Assembly (NCBI RefSeq): GCF_964204645.1
Contig: NC_134026.1
Location: forward strand, 16,836,150-16,900,149
From: Tubulanus polymorphus
Taxonomy: Eukaryota; Animalia; Nemertea
Direction: 5' to 3'
Length of the DNA: 64,000 nucleotides
The first letter of the stretch is position 1, and the number at the start of each line of letters is the position of its first letter. Below the pieces are notes generated by a model. It searched no databases. It had not been told where the DNA came from and saw only the letters and a program-made list of their open reading frames with translations. Below are positions 35,236 through 47,557 of this stretch, piece by piece. The position numbers and the translations under genes were made by a program.

Positions 35236-35844
35236 TTAAATAAATTCATATTTAAATGGGTGTTGTAATCTAAATAGTAATTTTGATCTTTTAATATTTT
35301 TCAACTTATCCATATATTCATTATGTAAATCATGTGGAATAATATCATTTTCCTCAAGTGCATTTTTCATCGATTTTCTATCTTTATTGTAGAATAAAAC
35401 TAGAAATCTAATGTTTTCTCTAAAGTCTTTAACAATTGAATTATATTTTTGATTTAAAATCCAAGTTGTTATCCCAAAATGTCTGCCAGAAAAAGCTAAA
35501 TAGCATAACTCACTCTCTCTAACTTTTGAATCATGTAGATTAGCTCAATCATCTATAATGAATAATGTATTTGATCCTTTATAAATATCAATTGCTATTT
35601 TTATACAATTATCTAAATTTTCTTTTACTGTTTTAGGATCTAATATAATAAATTTATTATTTCTAGTAATATTTCTATCATAAGTTTGATTAAATTCATA
35701 TGTTGGACAAAATAATACTATATTATCAAAATAGTTTTTATAAACAGTTTCTAATAAATTTAATATAAAATAAGTTTTTCCACAATTTGTTACACCAGAA
35801 ATTAACATATTATGAGGCTCAAATATAAATAATTCCTTATTCAT
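35236..35844 (-). pseudogene. Packaging ATPase with in-frame TGA after Walker B
   Basis: GVTNCGKT, LFIIDD*; the frame continues to RLQHPFKYEFI. Confidence 0.9.
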
Positions 35845-36896
35845 TTATTTATTTTTAATTTTACTTGATAATATCCATTCATTGAATTTATCTGGCCATC
35901 CAACCCATTTTACTAAAGAATATTTCTTTCTTTTAATAGTTTTTGTTTTTAATACTTTTTCAATTTTATATTCTTGTTCTAGATTTTCAGTAGTTAAACT
36001 CAATTCTTCTTCATAAAAGTAGCCATCAACTTCTTCACCATCTAAATCTTCTAATTTATAGACATATGGTTTTGTTGTTATAACCTTTTTTATTTTATAT
36101 ATTTCTCTAGTAAAATTTCGATCGTATAGGTTCACTAAAATCATCTACAAGAAATGCTCCATATAAATTATTCCAAACAATTTCAGCATTTTCAGGTTTT
36201 CTAGCATCGATAGATTTCATTCCAATAGAAGAATGATAAGAATTATTATATCCTTCTATAAATTTTGGTAAAACATCAATTTGCTGTAAAATATTTCCAC
36301 ATTCTTGTTCTTAATGTTCTATTAAATCGTTCAACAACTGCTGCTTTTTTATCCAATTTTGTTGAAAAATATTTAATATTATGATTGTCTAAGAGTTCAT
36401 GAACAAGTGAATTATCAAACTCTTTTCCATCATCAAATTGTATTTTTTCTGGTTTTAGTTTATCATCCGAAAGAAATTTTCTTAAAACATTTGATGTTTG
36501 TACAGCATCTTTTCTATAAAGTGGGAAGCTCCATACATAACGACTAAAAATATCAATTATATTCAATAACCACCAATAATCATTATTATCTTTCTTAACA
36601 TTTTTCATAACAATTAAATCTCCTTGCCACTGTTGATCTACATAACTTACCATAGTTTTACGAGTTTTATATTTTCTAACAATTTTTTTATGTGTTGTGT
36701 ATGTTGGTTGTTCTAACATAAATTCATTTATATCTTTATATTTAACTAAATTTTGTGGGATTATCTTATCTAATTTAACTGGTTTTACTTGACGCCATAT
36801 ATTTTTAGTAGAAGAATAAGCAACCGAACTCTCAGGGTTGTAATATAAATTTCTTAAATATTGTTCTTTAGTATTATGAGTTTTTTTACCACCCAT
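35845..36896 (-). pseudogene. rve integrase with chromodomain, disrupted
   Basis: WQGDLI, QFDDGKEF, VVERFNRTL; stop at 36276; chromodomain in 35845-36144. Confidence 0.92.
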
Positions 36897-36926
36897 TTAT
36901 ATATCGTTAATTTTAACTTTATATTT

Positions 36927-38174
36927 CTAATATTGAATACTATCTAATTGTGAATTTACAATATTTAATTGTGCGTCAGATATAATATAAATGTGCATTT
37001 TAAAATTTAAGCTTCCTTTTTTCTTTTTCATGAATAATTGTATTCCATCTTTTGTATTGTGTAGTTTTTTCCCAGAACCATGTAATGAATTATCCTCTGT
37101 TGTTCTTAAATCTAACCATAATGCGTATTCATTGCCGGTATAATAATCCTTTTGATTAATATTACAATTTTCAAATGATTTTACTTTTTCATTCATAAAA
37201 TGTTTTCTAATTTCTGGCCATTGATCAATCATTCTCATTCCTTGACAAAATATTTTATTTGCTATTCCTTCGATGGTTATTTCTACTTTTGCTATTTCAG
37301 GATTATAATAATTATCAATCTTTATTGCGCCATTAGAATATGTTGCAATGGTAAAAAATATTAATATACCTTTAATAGATCTTCTTGGGAAGTTAATATT
37401 CTCATTAATTATTTCATCATTTGCATTAATAGTTACAGTTTAAAATTTATCAATATAATCATATAATAATGAAAATCCTTGATTGTATTGAGTTTGAATT
37501 GTGCTAGCAATATTTTCATTAGTTACTGTGTCATATTCTAAACATATATTCGATAATTTATAACCCATATCTTTAACAACGCTAGATAAAACAATTTCAT
37601 TTACAGGAGCAAATGTTATCTCAAATATAATATCTTCTTGAATTACATATTTATATAAAGGTGCATTATTATTTATCAATTCAAAGTCTAATGGAATTTT
37701 ATATTTGCTTCCATAAATCTTTTTAATCAAATTATCTGCGGCACTAGTTACTACTGCATTATTGGCTTCAGATCTTAATTCATTATGGTTTTCTGATTGG
37801 ATGCCTTGAAATATCATATTATTTCTATTTTCTTTAGTTAACCATAAATCTTTATAATGCATAAATAAATTATAATCATCTAATGAGAAAACTGTTTCTG
37901 GACCAATCTTTATAGTTAATTTTTTAATCAAATATCTCCCAACATAATCAACAACATAATTGTTATCATGGCCAGTTACTTTTATATCAGCTTATAAATA
38001 AATACTATTTGGAACATAAAAAGTATTTTGTGTTAATCGAGGAATTCTGACATATAAAGTTTCATCGGGATTAATATTTGAAGGATTATGAGTAATTATA
38101 TGATGTGATCTTTCTGCTTTAATAGCATTAGATATTCTAGAAATCTTAGAAGGACTTATATAACTCCCACTCAT
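36927..38174 (-). pseudogene. Major capsid protein, frameshifted
   Basis: Three ORF pieces highly similar to 18168-19415. Confidence 0.9.
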
Positions 38175-38194
38175 TTATTTAACAAAAAAATTAA

Positions 38195-39649
38195 TTATTC
38201 ATTTTTTACTATTTTTTCTTGATATCTTTTTGATATCATATTCACTAACCCAAAAATAATAGCACTTACAACTGTAATTAAAAATAAAATAATATGTTCA
38301 GCAGCAAAGTTAATAATGTTTCCTGCAGATTTCAATATAAAACCAACAATTGATGCAATAATTCCTGGTAAAGCTGCAGCAGATTTTTTAGATAGTTCCC
38401 ATAAATATTTTGCTAATTTCTTTAAACCATCCTTAACTTTATCTTGTATAGAATTATTATCATTCGGGGGTTTATCCGGTTTATTGGGTGTATGCGTAGA
38501 TTTCAAAGAATTTGATATTGCTAAACCAATTGTTGTAAATAACATAGTTACAGCTGTTAGAATTGAAAGAATTGTTATTCCTTCTAATTTAAATAATAAC
38601 TTTATTCTATCTTTCAATGATATTTCAGAATTTGGTTTTATCAACAAATCTTTAAAAATAACTTTTAATCTATTAATATTATAATCATATGATTTTAATA
38701 ATAATTTAATTTCTTCTTTTGGTAATTCTATGTTATATTCTAAATCATCTTTTTCTTTTTCTAAATACGCATTTCTTTTTTTAAATTCGATTTCTTCAAT
38801 AACTTTATTATCTCTATCTAATTTTAGTTGTTCCGATTCTTTTCTTGATTTAAATAATTCATCTTCTAAAGTTGTAATTTTTAAATCTCTTATACTTTTA
38901 TCATGCGCAATTTTATCAGATGCATGTCTTATACTTTCAATTTCTCTAATTGCTTTATCAGAAAATATATTTAAATCTTCTAATTCTTGATCTGTTGCAT
39001 CAATTAATCCATTCGGTAAAAGTTTTTCAATTAGAACTTTATTTGATTTAAGTTTACTAGTTTTGGAAGTTATATTCTGTTCAGAAGTTGTTTCTGTTTT
39101 TTATTTCTTTTTGATTATTTCAAATAATTCATTAATTCTTTGTTTAAATACGTCTATATCATTATCAGTTAATTCTTGTTTTATAACATCAGTTATTACA
39201 TTACTATTACTAATTCTTTTAATTCTATCTGGATCTAATTTTCTCAAAGTTAATTCTGTTATTATTTTTTTTAAATAAGTGATATCAATATAATAATCAT
39301 CTTTCAAACGATAATAACATTTACCATTATCTAAAAATTTTAATTGATCTGCTTAAAGTCTAACGTCTTCATCATTTATGTTAAGTTTAGATTTTTCAAT
39401 TAAATCTTCTAATTTAGGTATTTTGTTTAAATTATCTAAATCTTTTTTTACTAAATCTGGGTCTAAATTTTCAGGATTTAATTGTGATTCTGCATTTTTA
39501 ATATAATCAGGCGTATTTAAATTAGAATTACGTCCTGGCTCATTACCGTCATTAAAACTTGTTTCACTAATATCAGGTTGTTGTTCATCAGTTATGCCAG
39601 GTTCATCAAAAGGATCCATTCCAATATCTTCTCCACCTTCTACATCCAT
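38195..39649 (-). pseudogene. Homolog of the 568-aa membrane-helix protein, fragmented
   Basis: MDVEGGED start and near-identical C-terminal ~140 aa. Confidence 0.85.
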
Positions 39650-39665
39650 TTATATAATAAAAAAA

Positions 39666-41063
39666 TTAAAATTTAAAATATAATATTCCTCCTATAACAA
39701 TTCCTATACAAGTTAAAGCTAATTTAGTATTTTCATGTAATTTATTATCATTATCAGTTTTAATTATATCATGTTGAATATTATCAGTTTTAATATTTTC
39801 TGATGTTTTATAATCCGGTTTAGAATCACTTTTTAATTTAATATTCTTAGTTTTAGTTTCTGTTGATTGAATGTGTTTTTTATTTTTTTCACCTTCCATT
39901 AATTTTGGAGCAGTAATAATCTTTTTTTTTATATCATTCAATCCAAATGAATTATTTATTGTTGCAGTTTTAATTAAATTATTGTAACCAATTATATTTC
40001 CCATCTTTAATACTAAATCAATAGAAATAATTAATAGATTAGGGCCTATACAATAATTTAATCTAATATGTGATTTATCTAAATAATTTTGATATCTTAC
40101 AATGTTTTCTGGAATAGATCTATTTTTATCATTATGAATTGAATCTTCAAATAATACTTTGAATTGTTTCTGTGTATCAAATGATGTATTTAAATTTCCA
40201 ATTATTGGGGATCTTGTTTCAACCTGTGATCCTAGAATACATATCAAATAAGTTCTAATAGATTGATTTATTCTTTGTATACCAGCTTTAGTAAAACCTT
40301 CAATATTTTCTAAAATAAAATTAACCCAACCATCATTATTTTGTTGTTGTTTGATATAAATATAATATTTTGGTATTTCATTCCATTTAAACGTTTTTGA
40401 GTTAGTATTTTTTATTTCTTTTCTATATTTTTTAGTATAAGGGACAGCAAAACCTCCGATTGGAAATGGTGAATTATTCATTGCATCCAAAGCTTTCTCT
40501 ACTTTAGATAAATCTCCCCCTGTAATTGTTCCCATCTTTGATCTAAAATCAGAATTATTTATATCTATATTAAATTCATAACATATTTTATAATACTTTG
40601 ATAAATTAATGTTATTATCTAATTCTTTAAAATATCTAGACCCTGGTAAAGGACACTCTAATTCATTTAATATTAATCTTATTTGAAAGTATGTATGAAA
40701 TCTAAAGAGTGATAATATTAATGGTAAACTTGGTTTATTTAAATGATCATTCCAACTTATTCCGCGCCCTGTTGTTGCGCAATAAACAGCAAAATTTAAT
40801 TGGTTTTGCCGGAATTGCATATTTGATTTTAACATCCATAATTTTGCTTTACTTAATTCTTTTTCAAAATTAATTTCATAAACATTGAATATATTTTCCA
40901 TCTTTACATGAAAATTATTACTTTCAGTGACATAAATATATAAATCAATTAATGAATCTAAAGCTTCATTTCTATATGTAATATCTTTATTAAAATCTAT
41001 TGCTGGAATATTATATTTAATTGATTTATTATATTGGAAAGCTTTTGGAAAACTATCTTCCAT
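39666..41063 (-). CDS. Homolog of 21264-22565
   Basis: 465-aa open frame with high similarity outside a variable central segment. Confidence 0.8.
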   Translation of the reverse strand: MEDSFPKAFQYNKSIKYNIPAIDFNKDITYRNEALDSLIDLYIYVTESNNFHVKMENIFNVYEINFEKELSKAKLWMLKSNMQFRQNQLNFAVYCATTGRGISWNDHLNKPSLPLILSLFRFHTYFQIRLILNELECPLPGSRYFKELDNNINLSKYYKICYEFNIDINNSDFRSKMGTITGGDLSKVEKALDAMNNSPFPIGGFAVPYTKKYRKEIKNTNSKTFKWNEIPKYYIYIKQQQNNDGWVNFILENIEGFTKAGIQRINQSIRTYLICILGSQVETRSPIIGNLNTSFDTQKQFKVLFEDSIHNDKNRSIPENIVRYQNYLDKSHIRLNYCIGPNLLIISIDLVLKMGNIIGYNNLIKTATINNSFGLNDIKKKIITAPKLMEGEKNKKHIQSTETKTKNIKLKSDSKPDYKTSENIKTDNIQHDIIKTDNDNKLHENTKLALTCIGIVIGGILYFKF

Positions 41064-41079
41064 TTATATAATTAAAAAA

Positions 41080-42193
41080 TTAATAATTTATTAATTCTTT
41101 TAATAATTTATCTTGTTCTTCAACTGTTATATGACCATTTAAACTTATTATATAATCTAGCGTATTCTTTAATTTATTAATTTCTTTTATATTAGTTTTA
41201 ATTTTTTCTTTATTACTTTTTATATTTAATTTTGAACTTATACCAGTTAAAACACTTGAACTTAATCCTAATACACCAATTGATATAGCTAAAGGTGTTA
41301 ATGGACTGAATATTGCTAGAAATGTTATTACAGAACTAATTGTAACCGAACCACTTATAATCAAATAATATATAATTTTACTTTTTAAATATCTTTTCTT
41401 TTTTATCTTTAAGTCACTTTCAAATTCTAATATTTGTTTTTCTAAATATATTTTTCATTTAGTTTTATTCATATCATGAGGAATAATATCAATATTATCA
41501 TCCATTTATTTAGCAAAAAAATTACTAATTAGTAAACTTATAAGCAACAAATATAACAATAACTGTTCCACCTAAAATCCAAATTATTTCATATTTCTGT
41601 TGTTCTTTACTTGGTGTATAATAATCTGATAATTTAGGTTTGTATAGATGTAATTTTTCTTTATTGGTTACCGCGTTATATAAACTCATTGCATCATCAA
41701 CTGATTGAAAATCTCTATGTGAAATCTTCTGATCATATAATTCCTTGTTAATATAATCCATATAGTTTTGTCTCTTTTCTCTATATTCTTCTGCTGCTTT
41801 ATTGTATTTCTCTAATGCTAAGTTATGTATTTTTTTGTTCTGTTAATGAACCATTTTTATCAATATGTTTAAATAAATAACCGCCACCAGTAAATGCTAA
41901 AGCGTTAACAATTGCTGATCCTATAATAGTTACAGCAGCAGAAGCCATTTATTTAGTAAAATAATTATGCATATATATGGGAGGAATATATTTTTGTTTT
42001 TCCAAATAATCAATAGTTAAATTAGATAAAGTAACTGCTAACGTTAATTTTAAAATATCATTTATATCAAATCTATCAACATAAACACTTCCCATTTTGA
42101 ATAATTTTTTAATACCATTGAATAACCAACAGTTCCAACTGATAGTAATGCGCCATTATATAATCCAGTTATTATCCACTTATTATCACTCAT
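41080..42193 (-). pseudogene. Three small membrane-protein genes (homologs of 22582-23710), disrupted
   Basis: Starts at 41505, 41948 and 42193; near-identical DNA with a premature TGA and indels. Confidence 0.8.
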
Positions 42194-43532
42194 TTATTAA
42201 TTAAAAAAAATTACTATCTTCGATATATTTAGTTAACTTATTTATGATTAATTCAACATTTATTTCATTACTAGTTTCATTTGTATATATTTCAATTATT
42301 ATTTTTCTAATATCATCGATGATAAAATCTTCATCTAATTCATAAAATCTTAAAGATTCTCTAATTAAATTAGTAATCTTTTCTACATTTAACCGAATAT
42401 GCGCTTAAACTATCACTAGGGAATGGTAAAAACACCGTAGCTTCGTTCTTCTCGATGTTATTTCCCCCAAAACCTGGCGCATTAGTACTTTGCGCGTAGT
42501 AGCACATGCGCGTATAGCACATGTGGGTCAACATATCCATGTTGTGAGTTGACCCCTAGGTGGCACTCTTTAAAAAAAACGGAATGTAGCGAACTGATTT
42601 CGGGTGAAATCTTTGCTCGCATCCCTGAACGACATTCTATCCAGAAAGGCAGAAACCCGTTATCGCTGCTTGCAGCTATATTTAGGGTTTTCTGTTATTT
42701 CACAGAAAACCCTATTGATATCCGCGTGATTATTATTATTATTATTTTCTTCCACACTATTTTTACCAAAAGAACATAGGCTTTGTTACCTTACCGCTGT
42801 TTCATATACAATCCATATAATATCGTTCAGCTCACTGAGATCTACAAATAGCCCGCGTGTTTTTTCACGAATCATCGTTACAAAAGCGCTGTCGGGCCGT
42901 AAACATCGAAAATTTAGCCCCATTCAATGGGGCGACATGTTTTTCGAGTCGTCATCCCGAAATCAACCCGCAGGCCGACTGTCACTTCGATTATCAATTC
43001 AAGTATAAATGAACTAATTTATTGCCGCAGACTTAACATTCAGTCGTGGTCTTCAAACAGTGATTTTAACAATAGCCCATTTTCCTCATCAAATCATATT
43101 ACCGATACACTGGAAATTTACTACATTAGATTTTAAAAGCACTGTCGAGCCGTAAACATCGACGAATCGACGTGTGTTACTACATCGTCGTTCCGGGGAT
43201 CAGCTGCGAGTTTCTCCTCATCATGAACCTACGTGAAGTGAGCCTGTTATTCCAGCCTCGTATTCAGATGTAGTGTGTACACACTGTACAGCTGCCTGTA
43301 GATACTGGTTGACATGAAATGTATAACTTAGCATGACGGAGCGATGATAACTAACGTTAACGTTAGTATATAGCATCGGATACTGATACTCAAATTTCTC
43401 TGAAACAAAAACTCCAGGTTTCGTAAAAACTGAGTATATTACTGAATAGGCTCGATTGTTCAAGTAGATATATAAAGTAAATGTCTGTGCATCGATTTGT
43501 TCAGGTATTATTTCAACTCACGATTGCATCAT

Positions 43533-44586
43533 TCCGCGACAATTCATTATTTTGTTTTATCGCCCGCGACAATTCAATATTTTGGTTTTATCGCCCGCGA
43601 TAATTCATTATTTTGGTTTTATCGCCCGCGACAATTCAATATTTTGTTTTTATCGCCCGCGACAATTCATTATTTTGGTTTTGTCTCCCGAGACCATTCA
43701 TTATTTTGGTTTTATCGCCCGCATCAATTCATTATTTTGGTTTTGTCGCCCGCGACAATTCATTATTTTGATTTTGTCGCCCGCGACGATTCAATATCTT
43801 GTTTTTGTCGTCCGAGACAATTCATTATTTTGGTTTTATCGCCCGCGACAATTCATTAGTTTGGTTTTATCGCCCGCGACAATTCATTAGATTGGTTTTG
43901 TCGCCCGCGACAATTCATTATTTTTGTTTTATCGCCCACGACAATTCATTATTTTGGTTTTATATTTTGTTTTTATCGCCCGCGTCAATTTTTTTTTGGT
44001 TTTGTCGCCCGCGACAATTCAATATTTTGGTTTTGTCGCCCACGACAATTCATTATTTTTGTTTTATCGCCCACGACAATTCATTATTTTGGTTTTATAT
44101 TTTGTTTTTATCGCCCGCGTCAATTTTTTTTTGGTTTTGTCGCCCGCGACAATTCAATATTTTGGTTTTGTCGCCCACGACAATTCATTATTTTGGTTTT
44201 ATCGCCCGCAACAATTCAATATTATGTTTTATCGCCCGCGACAATTCATTATTTTGGTTTTGTCGCCCGAGACCATTCATTATTTTGGTTTTATCGCCCG
44301 CGACAATTCATTATTTTGGTTTTGTCGCCCGCGACAATTCATTATTTTGATTTTGTCGCCCGCGACGATTCAATATTTTGTTTTTGTCGCCCGAGACGAT
44401 TCATTATTTTGGTTTTATCGCCCGCGACGATTCAATATTTTTGTTTTATCGCCCGCGACGATTCATTAGTTTGGTTTTATCGCCCGCGACAATTCATTAG
44501 TTTGGTTTTGTCGCCCGCGACAATTCATTAGTTTGGTTTTGTCGCCCGCGACAATTCATTAGTTTGGTTTTGTCGCCTGCGACAAT
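43533..44586. repeat. 26-bp minisatellite, continuing at 45846-46120
   Basis: (TCGCCCGCGACAATTCATTATTTTGGTTTT[A/G])-type units, ~31-bp period by count, tens of copies. Confidence 0.9.
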
Positions 44587-44593
44587 TATTTTT

Positions 44594-45847
44594 CAGTCCA
44601 CTTGGGACTTAAGTCCCAGCGGGCTATTGCGTTCACTTTTCGTCCGTCCGTCCGTCCATAGACGGAATCCAGTTATTTTGGGAAGTTTTGAAGACGCTTC
44701 AAGGTAATGTCTTGATATTTGGTTTATACATGTATCTACCCTAGACACATCGTCAGCCCAAAAACTGGCCCTGTCAGATTCAAGATGGCCGACTGGCAGC
44801 CATTGTTGTTTGCCAAAATCGGAACTTTTTAAACATTTTCGAAGTTTTCGTGGGAAATTTTGAAGACGCTTTGATCAATTACCTTGATCATTCGTTTATA
44901 TTTGAATCTACCAAAGGCCCATCAGCATAAGAAAATTGGGTCGATCTGACTCAAGATGGCCGTCCTATGACCTTTTTAGTGCCCAAAAATGTCAATTTTG
45001 GCCAGAATTCTAGGTCACGTAGCTTCCTACTGGTTTGCCATTTCTCATTGCAATTGCTGATGGGTATTCTTCAGAGAGGGATGTTTTATACCTGGGACAG
45101 GTATCTTTGATCAGCCAATTATGACGCAATTGGCGGCCATCTTGGTGTCATCAGTACTCATTCGTAGGTGGGAAAAAGTTTTTCCACATTAAATTGATAC
45201 CTAAGCATATTGTGTTACTATATTCAATTGGAAAGTTGTAGCCCATAACGTGTTCTATGATTTTGGTGAGTTTCAAGGTCATTGGTTTTTGTATGTGGCC
45301 ATCAGGGGGCGTTGAATAATACAATAACTTAGAATTGCTATATTTGTACCAAGGCATATTTTGTTACCATGATCAATTGCAAAGTTGTAGTTCATGACAT
45401 CGTCATTGATTGTGGTGAGTTTTTAAGGACATTAGTTATTCCATATAGTCACCAGGGGGCGTTGAATAGTAGAATGGCTTAGTATTTCCTCATTAGATTG
45501 GTACCTAGGCATATTTTGTTACTATGATCAATTGCAAAGTTGTATTTCATGACATGAACTACGATTGGGGTGAGTTTTAAGGTCATTGGGTTTTGCATAT
45601 GGTCACCAGGGGGCGTTGAATAGTAGAATAACTTAGTATTTCCATATTAAATTGGTAACGAGGCATATTTTGTTATCACAATCAATTACAAAATCATAGC
45701 TGCTCACATGTTCTATGATTGTGGTGGGTTTCAAGGTCATTGGTTTTTGTATATGGTCACTAGAGGGCGTTATGTATTGAAATTGTTAGATTGTTGAGCA
45801 TTTGAAACAACTTCCCAAGTGAGCATGGTGTCCCTGGACCCCTAGTT
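44594..45847. mobile_element. HINE/pearl-like family A element, reverse orientation, inserted in the minisatellite
   Basis: Hairpin plus (CCGT)n at left, GTGTCCCTGGACCCCTAGTTT at right, internal core repeats; inverse of 55845-57588 with fewer units. Confidence 0.8.
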
Positions 45848-46698
45848 TGGTTTTGTCGCCCGCGACAATTCATTATTTTGGTTTTGTCGCACGCAACAAT
45901 TCAATATTTTGTTTTTGTCGTCCGCGACAATTCATCATTTTGGTTTTATCGCCCGCGACAATTCAATATTTTGGTTTTATCGCCCCCGACAATTCATTAT
46001 TTTGGTTTTTATCGCCCGCGACAATTCATTATTTTTGTTTTGTCGCCCGTGACAATTCAATATTTTGGTTTTGTTACCCGCGACAATTCATAATTTTGGT
46101 TTTGTCACCCGTGGTTTTGTCAGAACATTAAGTTTTTTGGTCGAACAGTGTATTAAGGTCGTTTTGGAAATTTACTCGGTCTGGTATATTTTGGATTACT
46201 GTGTATGTCATTTGTCAGGACATTAAACAGAAGACGACTTAGGATACTACCTTGCGTGACTCCACTAGCTAGACCGTCTCATTCCAAGATGAGGCGTTCC
46301 GTTGATTTCGGTTACAAGTTTCCGTTCAGAGATAACTGCTGAGCCATTTGGACGACCTATCATTGATACTGTTTCCTAATAGCCTGTTTAGTAATGGCTG
46401 ATGTTGAGCCTTATCAAATGCTTTGTTGAAATCCACCGTTGAACAGGATTCTAAGACTGTGCAGAAAACCCGTTATCGCTGCTTTGCAGCTATATTTAAA
46501 TTAGCAATCTTTTCTACATTAAAAGTTTCTTTATCTATTGTTTTTTCATACTTAAATGTTGTTTCATTAGAAAATGCAATATTTTTGATTTGTGTAATTA
46601 CATCATTAATGTTAAATTTCATTTGTTTCTCACGTTTAAAATCAAATCCAAAACATATACTCGGTCCAACTGTTATATTCATTTATATAATGAAAAAA

Positions 46699-47485
46699 TT
46701 AATCTTTACATCTTACAACTAATTCATAAATTACAGGAAAGTTATTCAAATCAATTAAATATCCATTATGATTTCTTATTTCTAATTTAAAATTATTGAG
46801 ATGTGGAATACAAGGTTTAATATCACATTCAGCTAAATTATAATTTATTTGCGTTCCAAATTGTTTAACATTCTTTAATGGTAAAATATTTAGTATACTA
46901 GAATTACAAATTGTATCTTTAGTTGCTTCAAATGTTTTTGTTGGGTCAATTAAATTGCAATAAATATAAAAATGTGTAAAAGGTATTATATTTGATATAC
47001 CGTATGTATTTCCGAAAATAAAATTATCTGAAAGAATTCCTAACAGTTTAGCAATAGGTTTTTTTACCATGTAAGCATGTTTTCTTACCATCAATGAATC
47101 AGGACCAATATTTTCATCATCAAACTTTACTTTAATTTTATTAGAGCTCTCACTTTTTATGAATTTAATATTAAATTTAGAATCACTACCTAACATAATC
47201 CGAGCTTTTCTATTAATTTCTTGCGCTAATGTTTCTAAATTATATAATCCTGGTGTAATCATAAGTTGATAAGCTTTTTTATCACTACGTCTTTCAGCAA
47301 TAAAAATGCTTCTATGTTCATAAGTTTTATCTGATGTATTATAAAATGAGTTACATAAACTTATATTTACTAATTTTAAATCAACACAATTCTTAAATTC
47401 TCTATCTAATTGAACTAGTAAATTATGTGATTTATAATTTGTAAGTTTTCTAGAATCAACAAATATTCTGTATTCTTTTAATTCT
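46699..47485 (-). pseudogene. Minor capsid (penton) homolog, 5' end disrupted
   Basis: PGLYN, THFYIYCNLI, KLEIRNHNGYLIDLN; upstream DNA still encodes KEYRIFVDSRK but lacks the ATG. Confidence 0.8.
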
Positions 47486-47557
47486 AGAATTATTATAACA
47501 TAAAAAAATTACCGCTCATCACTAAAAATTAATTTTAATAAAATTTTTCCTAAATAA

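Larger units (their letters stand above)
42390..46495. mobile_element. Composite insertion (Helentron-like non-autonomous family C plus nested repeats) in the 115-aa gene homolog
   Basis: Flanked by a 25-bp duplication (42365-42389 / 46496-46520); end motif AAACCCGTTATCGCTGCT(T)TGCAGCTATATTT at ~42653 and ~46466; hairpin AGGGTTTTCTGT-N6-ACAGAAAACCCT and (ATT)n at ~42684-42745. Confidence 0.65.

Noticed and set aside
43497-46131. Overlapping 70-180 aa ORFs (FYRPRQFIILVLSPATIH repeats) and a CRISPR-like look
   Set aside because: Translations of a head-to-tail minisatellite; no unique spacers and no cas genes
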